Assembly: GCF_001194135.2 (NCBI RefSeq)
Contig: NC_068985.1
Coordinates: 21,390,266-21,454,265 of the forward strand
Origin: Octopus bimaculoides
Lineage: Eukaryota
DNA length: 64,000 nt
Direction: 5' to 3'
Shown here in pieces: positions 37,351 to 64,000 of the stretch. Made by a program: the position numbers and the translations under genes. Position 1 is the first letter of the stretch, and the number at the start of each line of letters is the position of its first letter. The notes under the pieces were generated by a model. That model saw nothing but the letters and a program-made list of their open reading frames with translations, was not told the DNA's origin and ran no database searches.

Positions 37351-39331
37351 ATCAGAAGCATTTTGTTATAATAGCAACAGGTCTGGAATGAGAATTAGCA
37401 CCAATATTCTTTATTTTTATACTTGTTGCAGTCATTGGATTGCAGCCAGGTAATCAAAGAATTTGGATGATCACATTAACCCTCATTATTACTCTATCAG
37501 TTTCTTTTTGCTGAAGTACAAAGTTATAGGGATGTAAACAAACCAACACCAGTTGTCAAGCAGTGGGAGATAAACGCATAAATACACATACATATAAGAT
37601 GGGCACCCCCAGTTTCCATCTACCAATTCACCTACAAGGAACTGGTCAAAAAAACTCAGGAAGTACAACTGAAATAACATCAAGTTAAAATTGCCACCTG
37701 TGTTACACTAAATGTATACATAGACTGCTTGATGCCATGGAATTGTCAGCAATAAAATCTCTTCTTAGACTTGTTATGTTAAAAACACAATATATATCAG
37801 AGCAAAAAGAATATTGTTGCTGCAGTGACCCATGAGCACCAAGCCTTCTAATTATGTGTACATTTAGTATAATACACAGATAGCTACTTTGACTTAATAC
37901 TGCTTCAGTTGTGTGTATTCAGTTTTACTACAGCTCAGCAATGTTTTATTCACTATTTCCTATATATTAAGGCATGAATTTCATTTAAGCAGGTAGGAAT
38001 GAGTGCACAGCATCGCCAAGCCTTAACAAAGGCAAGACATGCTTGTTCTTCTCATGAATCACAGCGGTGATGATGTTTATCTTGTGATAGTGTTTCTAAT
38101 ACAACAAATCTATAAAGAGATTTTTATCTCAGACAATTCCACACCGTCGTTGTTTAATGTTTGCCTTCCATGTTGGCAAGAGTTGAACTGGTTGACAGGA
38201 GCTGGCCAAGACTGCACCAGACTTCTGTCTGTTTTGATATGGTTCTTATTGCTGGATAACCTTCCTAACACCAATCACTCCATGGAGTGGACTGAATGCT
38301 TTTTTATGTGCACCAGCAAGCCTTCTGATGGTATTCATACACTTAATATGATACACAGACAGTGATATTGATTTAATGGTGTTTCAGCTGCATATAGTGA
38401 AACATACATACATAGATATCCACACACATGACAGGCTTCTTCAGTTTCCATCTACCAAATATGCTCACATGACTTTGGTTGGTCTGGGGTCATAGTTGCA
38501 GATACTTGCCCAAGGTTCCATACAGTGGAACTGAATCCAAAAGAATGTGACTGAGATGCCAACTTCTTAACTTTTTCTAAAATTTAATTAATTCATATCA
38601 ACTAGCATCGAATACAAGAAGAACTATTTCACACTTGATAGGCACAGACTTAGCCATGTGACAGGAGTTTGTTTGGGAACCACATATTCGAAGGTCTGTT
38701 GCCAGTGCATTGACAATGTTGGCTGGTGTTTGCTTCTATAACCCGAGGCTGACCACTAGTGAAGTTTAGTGGATGGTAACTGGAAGAAGACTACCATGTA
38801 TGTATGTGTGTGTGTGTGTGCACACATGTGAGTAGGCAGAAAAGTCACTGCTCATAAAAATGATGTGATTTGTTTACACTTCTCCATAAAAAACGTCTCT
38901 GCTGTTTGTTGTTCAACAGACAAGATTTAAAACATAGCTTTTCACACCTACCTGTGTTCAATATTGTGTATCAACATAGTGATTCTTTTATTTCTAATTT
39001 GGTAAATACCATGAAGTCTATGCTTAGTCAAGGAGATCTAATAACATGAAAACTTGTCCAGAGTTGTCTCCCATACCTTATTTTACATCGCATTTTTTGA
39101 CTAATAAATATCATTGATTGTAGATTCTCCAACAAATCAATTACTGGTACGTTACATATAAAATAATGAGTGACAAGGAATTCTCTGTGCAATTCAGTAT
39201 TGAACAAAGACTGCACAGGGTATTTTTACTTGAAAACACTGGTTTTTCAAGGTTCTTGCTAATGTTTATATCTTTTGGCAAAAGATATACAAATATGTAT
39301 GCATATGTCAGTTAATAAGAGTTGTGCTTCC

Positions 39332-39561
39332 AAAGGCGGCGAGCTGGCAGAATCATTAGCACGCCAGGCGAAATGCTTAGCAGTATTTCGTCTGTTTTTA
39401 CATTCTGAGTTCAAATTCCGCCGAGGTCGACTTTGCCTTTCATCCTTTCAGGGTCAATAAATTAAGTACCAGTTACACACTGGGGTCGATGTAATTGACT
39501 TAATACCTTTGTCTGTCCTTGTTTGTCCCCTCTATGTTTAGCCCCTTGTGGGCAATAATGA
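39332..39561 (+). mobile_element. SINE family B, full length, with 18-bp TSD
   Basis: AAAGGCGGCGAGCTGGCAGAATC...TTCTGAGTTCAAATTCCGCCGAGG; TSD AATAAGAGTTGTGCTTCC at 39314-39331 and 39562-39579. Confidence 0.9.
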
Positions 39562-40779
39562 AATAAGAGTTGTGCTTCCTTTTGTATTACTTTTTGGTAG
39601 AAACCTTAAGAAAACTGAATTTCAACACTAACAATATGCAGGGTAACAATGCATATATTTTAAGGTATATCAGAACATTTTGAAGGTAACAACTGAATTC
39701 CATTGTTGTAAAATCTATGTGTAGGTAACGTTCCTTATCTGCTGCCTCTTATTAATTTCACTCCTATCAACTTTTCACTCCTTAAGCAGTGAACTAGCAG
39801 AACCATTAGCACACCAGGTGAAATGCTTACTGGTATTTTGTCTATTTTCACATTCTGAGTTCAAATTCTGCCAAAGTTGACTTTGCTTTTCATCCTTTTG
39901 GGGTCAATAAAATAAGTACCAGCTGAGCACTGGGGTTAATGTAATTGACTTAACTACTCCTGGGTAAGAGCATAATAAACTCCACCCCTCTGCCAAGCCA
40001 TGTTGATCCAGTGTGGTAGAGTAGGCTCATCAAACCAGTATGACTCTGGCTCAAATTCACTGCCTCCGTATCAGACTATGATTAGTAGAGAAAATAAGCT
40101 GAGGTCTTTGTTCTGCAGTGGACTGAACACAGACAATCCATTCCAAAATGGCAACTTGACTCTTTTTGTTGATTTTACTAAATAACAGTTCAGTCTTCTA
40201 TTACTACAACAATGACATCTCCATTCAACAACTTGTGAGCCATTTATGAACACCACTAGATTCTATTGTCTCTCCTCCATTTGTTTCTCTTACTGTATTT
40301 CATTTCTAAAATCTCTTTTCAAACACTTCCTCTAATCCATTATCCTCAGGACTGCAACCCTATGAAGCTCCTACTCTGCCCATGTTTTGGTGGATGGAAA
40401 CTGGAAGAAAGCTACCATGTATGTATGTGTATGCGTGTGCTACAAACAATAGGAAAGTGTGGGGCAAACCAATGGGGGAGCTTTTATGTTGTTTCTTGAC
40501 CTGCTAGATATAGCAGCAAAATTAACAACAAACTAACAAACTACAAATTATACTCTAGAATCTAAAAAAAAAGACATAATGGGTTAGATGATCATAGCTT
40601 CTTAACACATGGAAAAAAGATGGAATGGTCATAACAGGAAGGTGGTCAGAAGTCTGTTTGACCTGAACTCAAAACAACGGCATCAATAACATAACAGTAA
40701 GCAGGGAAATCACATTTCAATCAATCATTGTAACATCTTTCAAATAAAAGAAAACAAATTCAATTTCAAAATTTTAGCC

Positions 40780-40789
40780 TTTATTTACA
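40780..40789 (-). terminator. Probable CKAP5 polyadenylation signal (TGTA-AATAAA)
   Basis: On - strand TGTA directly followed by AATAAA with T-rich sequence downstream; ends a ~3 kb nearly SINE-free U-rich tract after the stop codon. Confidence 0.5.
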
Positions 40790-43745
40790 TGTTTGTTTCC
40801 CTGAAACAAATTTACTGATATTTAAAAAATATATATATCAAACTTAAAGGAGTCAGTGGTTTTATTCTGTAGCCATTGGAGCCTAAATTCAGAGGGTGTG
40901 TTGTTGTAACAAAGAATAAATATTTACAAAAGAAAAAACAACAAAAGAACATAAGAAAGCAAAGACCCTCATATTTCCTACATATGTTACCATATTCTTC
41001 AGATTGGTAAAAATCAGCATTAAAAAACTGGGAAGAAAGAGCTGTATTTCCTATTTGGTTTAAATAATAATAATGATATTAAAAGCAATTGGTAATAGAC
41101 GGAATTAAACCCTCCATTATTTTCACCGAAATAGGCCTGAAACTTTTCAGAATGAAGGAGTAAATTAAAAATAAGAATTGCTTTTGTCTAGTTGCTTTCA
41201 ACAGCAACAATTTATTTTATGAATTGAACAGCTATTTGTTTAGCAAAACTATTCAATAGAAATGTAAGAAAAAGCAGGTTATGGTGATGTGAGGTTAAGA
41301 ATACACACCTTCAGGAGATTAAGATACCTTTGGTAAAAAAAGAAAAACAAAAGTAGAAATTAAATGGACGACGAGTAACCGAGATTCAGTACCAATTTTC
41401 AGTAAGAACCAACTGAAACTCCCAAACTTTTCAGCTGACATAAATGAATAATTACAAAAAATGGATTATCTAAATTAATCATTAACTAATGAATCCTATA
41501 ACAAAAACTCAACGAGAAACTTTTCCAAAATACAAGAGTGTTCCAAGTATTTTAATTATGAAGTAACAACATAAAAATGTTAATCCAACAGTTCACACAC
41601 ACACACACACACACACACATGCGTGCGGACACAGAGAGAGAGGGAGTGAGAGATAGGGAGGGAGAGAGGGAGGGAGAGAGAGAGAGTGTGTAATGACTAT
41701 TTACAAGAAAAGGAATAACGAAATCATAAAAACAAAGAGACAAAGGAGTGTTCAAGGAACATCATAAAGACAGGAGAGTCAGTTAACAGCAAAAACAGAC
41801 GGATAATGTTTCTGCCTGTACAAAGTGCCAAATGGAAGGATTCAACTCCTACAAAAGGAACAAATCAATCAGCTTTTATGAAAATACCATACAATGCAGC
41901 CTTGAAACACAAATTAATATCTTACATAACAGCATTGAACTAAGAAGCTTCCAAACAACAATGCAAGTAAGACTCCTGTGCCATTCTAGAGTGCACTATA
42001 TTGCTGCACCACAGTTTGAAAGTGTCCACAAACAAGCTTCTACATAGTAGCATGACCTGCTAGAAATAGCAACCAAATTTCCCTCAAATCACATCCTATC
42101 ATCTTACAAAAGAACACATTGGATAATGTGATCTTAGGTTTCAAATACAGGGACAAAAAAAAAAAAAGACAAGATGGTCACAGATAGAATGCCTTTAATT
42201 GTAGGTCTATTTCATTAAGGCTGGTTTGGGATAAAAAAACAAACAATTACATTGTTAAAAAAATCCAGAAAAAAAAAGAAAAAAAGAAATCCCATAACTA
42301 TCACAGCAAAAAATATTTCATACATTTCTTATCTTAAGACTATTTACAAACATCAAAAGCATTGGAAGGAAATCTGATTTGGAGCATAAATAAAACAGAA
42401 GAAAATTAAATTATTTAAAGTAGAGAAAGAAAAATGAAAACAAATAGACAAAGGAGTGTTCAAGAGAAAAATAAAAATTGTTAACTAATTCCTTAAAAAA
42501 AGAAAACAAAAATAAGAGAATGAATTACAGTAGATATTCTTTCACATGAAAGGATTTCTTTTGAAGTAAAGTGGAAAACCAAATTGGTATCACAGAAACA
42601 AAAGTTTAATTTCCCGTGAATGTGTATTGTTAAATGTCCCTGTTCGAAGGCTGACACATTACTGTCTGAACAGACAAAAAGAGGAGCTAAATGAGCAAAA
42701 TGAAAGCCTCAACAGAATGGGATTTCTATGTGAGCTGTTTGTCTCTTTCTTTATGCAAGGAAGTATTTAAGGAACAACCATATATCACTGTTATAACTAT
42801 GTATCCTTATCAATATGCATACATAGCAATAGAACAATGATCTGCAAAACGAATTGGTATTGGTGAGAACAGAAAGCCACTGTGTTGTCGAAAACTAAAA
42901 TTTGCAATAAAATTAATTATAAATATTGCTACTGGCAAAAAAAACTAAATAAATAAATAAAATAAAAACAGCTAAAGAATGTTTAAAACTTAGTTTGGTT
43001 CTCTTAACACAAGCCCTTCATACCAATAAAGCTTTTTTTTTTTTTACATAGGAGAAAAAGAAAACTTCTAAATTACACAAAAGCTTATTATCCCAATAAA
43101 CACAATTTTGATGTTTAATATCAGAGAAATGAGCCTGTGAAGGGAAATTAAAAATCTTAACGTTAATTTCATAATGTTCACTAATGAAGATTTTTGCTCC
43201 CATCACTCAGCTAAAAAGAAATTATATATATAAACCTCACATCAAGAGATTTTTCCAATTGCAAAAGAAGAATAAACAAAAGACCTAGTAACATGAAGAA
43301 AAGCTGTTCAATTCCCAGAAATTACTGTAATAATATGAAAGGTATTCCGTTTACAGTTTTAGCTCAAACAGTATAAAAGAAGAAATGTATCAACATTTTT
43401 AAGTGTTATGTGCAACAAACATCTGATCTTCTTTTGTTACATTCCTAAAATGTAACAACACAAAAACATTTACATACACATACATACGTACATACATACA
43501 TACATATATATATAGATATATATATATATATATATAAAATCAACATGCTTATTTTTTTTGTCCAGATATCTATGAGTAACTCTGAAATGGCAGTTCATTT
43601 GCTGAATAGCTTTACAATATATATATATATTGTACAACTCTGCGTCATCAGTCCAAAAGGAAGCAACTGGCCTGAAGGTATTGCTCAAGTTATATATATA
43701 TATATATATATATATGAAACCACTCAAACATCTACTTTCATTTCA

Positions 43746-63069
<19,324 letters not shown>

Positions 63070-63499
63070 TCAAGTCATCAGAGGAATTCTGTATAATTTA
63101 GAAACCTTCTCAAACGAAGGCCAATAAATTGATAAGAGCTAAGTTTTAAAATATGAATGAAATTAATTTATCATTTATTAATACAAATCATGCTTTCAAC
63201 TGAGTTTAAATGTATGAGGTCATTGCAAATATTAGCTGCATATTCATTCAAAATCTTTGTCTCTTAGTCATCTAAGGGGCTTGGCAAATACCAGTAAGAT
63301 TATGATTAGCTGAAGTCTAATAAAAACTAAACAAAACCTAAAGAATTAGCACAGTACATGCCAAAGATAATACTCATGCACTACTGCATGTAATTTTCAA
63401 TCAATTAAATTCCTGAATTGTTACCTCTGCCATTCTTGCCCAAAATTAATTATTAAACTAATGATTTTGTTTTCTTCAATTTTGTAGAAATCAAGGAAG

Positions 63500-63830
63500 C
63501 CATCTGATCAGTCATGTAAAACCTACCCCTTCGACCCACATGTGCTGATAGGAACTGTGTTGTATGCACCCTTAACTCCAGTATTAACTGTAAGACCAAG
63601 AATGTAGTCTACAGCATGAAGTGCATGGAGGGGGATTGTAAGAACCATAATACAACACACATTGGAGAAACTTCTAGGAGTTTAACACAGAAACTAAATG
63701 AACAGTGGTGGGATTGTAATAGCAGGAAGCAGTCATCTATACTTCAGCATACCAAAGAACAACATGGGGCATACTGAACCAAATTAGCATCAATATCTTG
63801 TCTAGATACCCAAGGACTCGTTATTTCAAT
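63500..63830 (+). mobile_element. Penelope-like element GIY-YIG endonuclease fragment in a CKAP5 intron
   Basis: 63541-63777 reads CADRNCVVC..NCKTKNVVYSMKCMEGDC..THIGETSRSLTQKLNEQ..SSILQHTKEQHG*. Confidence 0.72.
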
Positions 63831-64000
63831 TAATTTGAATGAACAAAGATTGCAGTTCATCATGAAAAACAGGTTTATATCAACAAAGCATTAATCATTT
63901 TAGAAATGAGCTTGTGTTTTATAAGAAATATAATTAAATATCTAAAGAGTATTCCATCAACAAGCTACATTTCTGACACACTAGAATAAATAGTATTTAG

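Noticed and set aside
63423-63480. Possible further CKAP5 exon upstream of 63009
   Set aside because: A donor-like GTAAC is present, but I found no open frame matching the expected TOG5 sequence; the next exon is probably outside the window.

Overview
AT-rich, intron-rich animal genomic DNA, not prokaryotic. I infer a coleoid cephalopod, probably Octopus, from the SINE families, microsatellites and N-gap style. Two genes converge. On the + strand are the last 4 coding exons of a MINDY1/2 (FAM63)-type deubiquitinase (431-10193, 178 aa, ending in the CaaX box CTIL). On the - strand are the last 16 coding exons of CKAP5/ch-TOG/XMAP215 (63009-43746, 758 aa, TOG5 to C-terminus). I reconstructed both by hand with GT-AG introns and consistent phases. 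Introns and the ~30 kb spacer hold SINEs and decayed transposons (Tc1, maT-like, mariner, hAT, CR1-like LINE, Penelope GIY-YIG), simple repeats and five assembly gaps. I found no CRISPR array, rRNA, intact tRNA or clearly novel protein-coding system. The most interesting unexplained structures are: (1) a decayed same-orientation duplicate of the CKAP5 terminal exon and 3'UTR about 20 kb downstream; (2) a MINDY end where the CaaX box is its own exon, competing with an intronic stop/AATAAA, with a 71-nt element after both ends; (3) a candidate 23-nt frameshifting CKAP5 microexon; (4) inverted SINE pairs flanking exons. All alignments and identities were done by eye and need computational confirmation.
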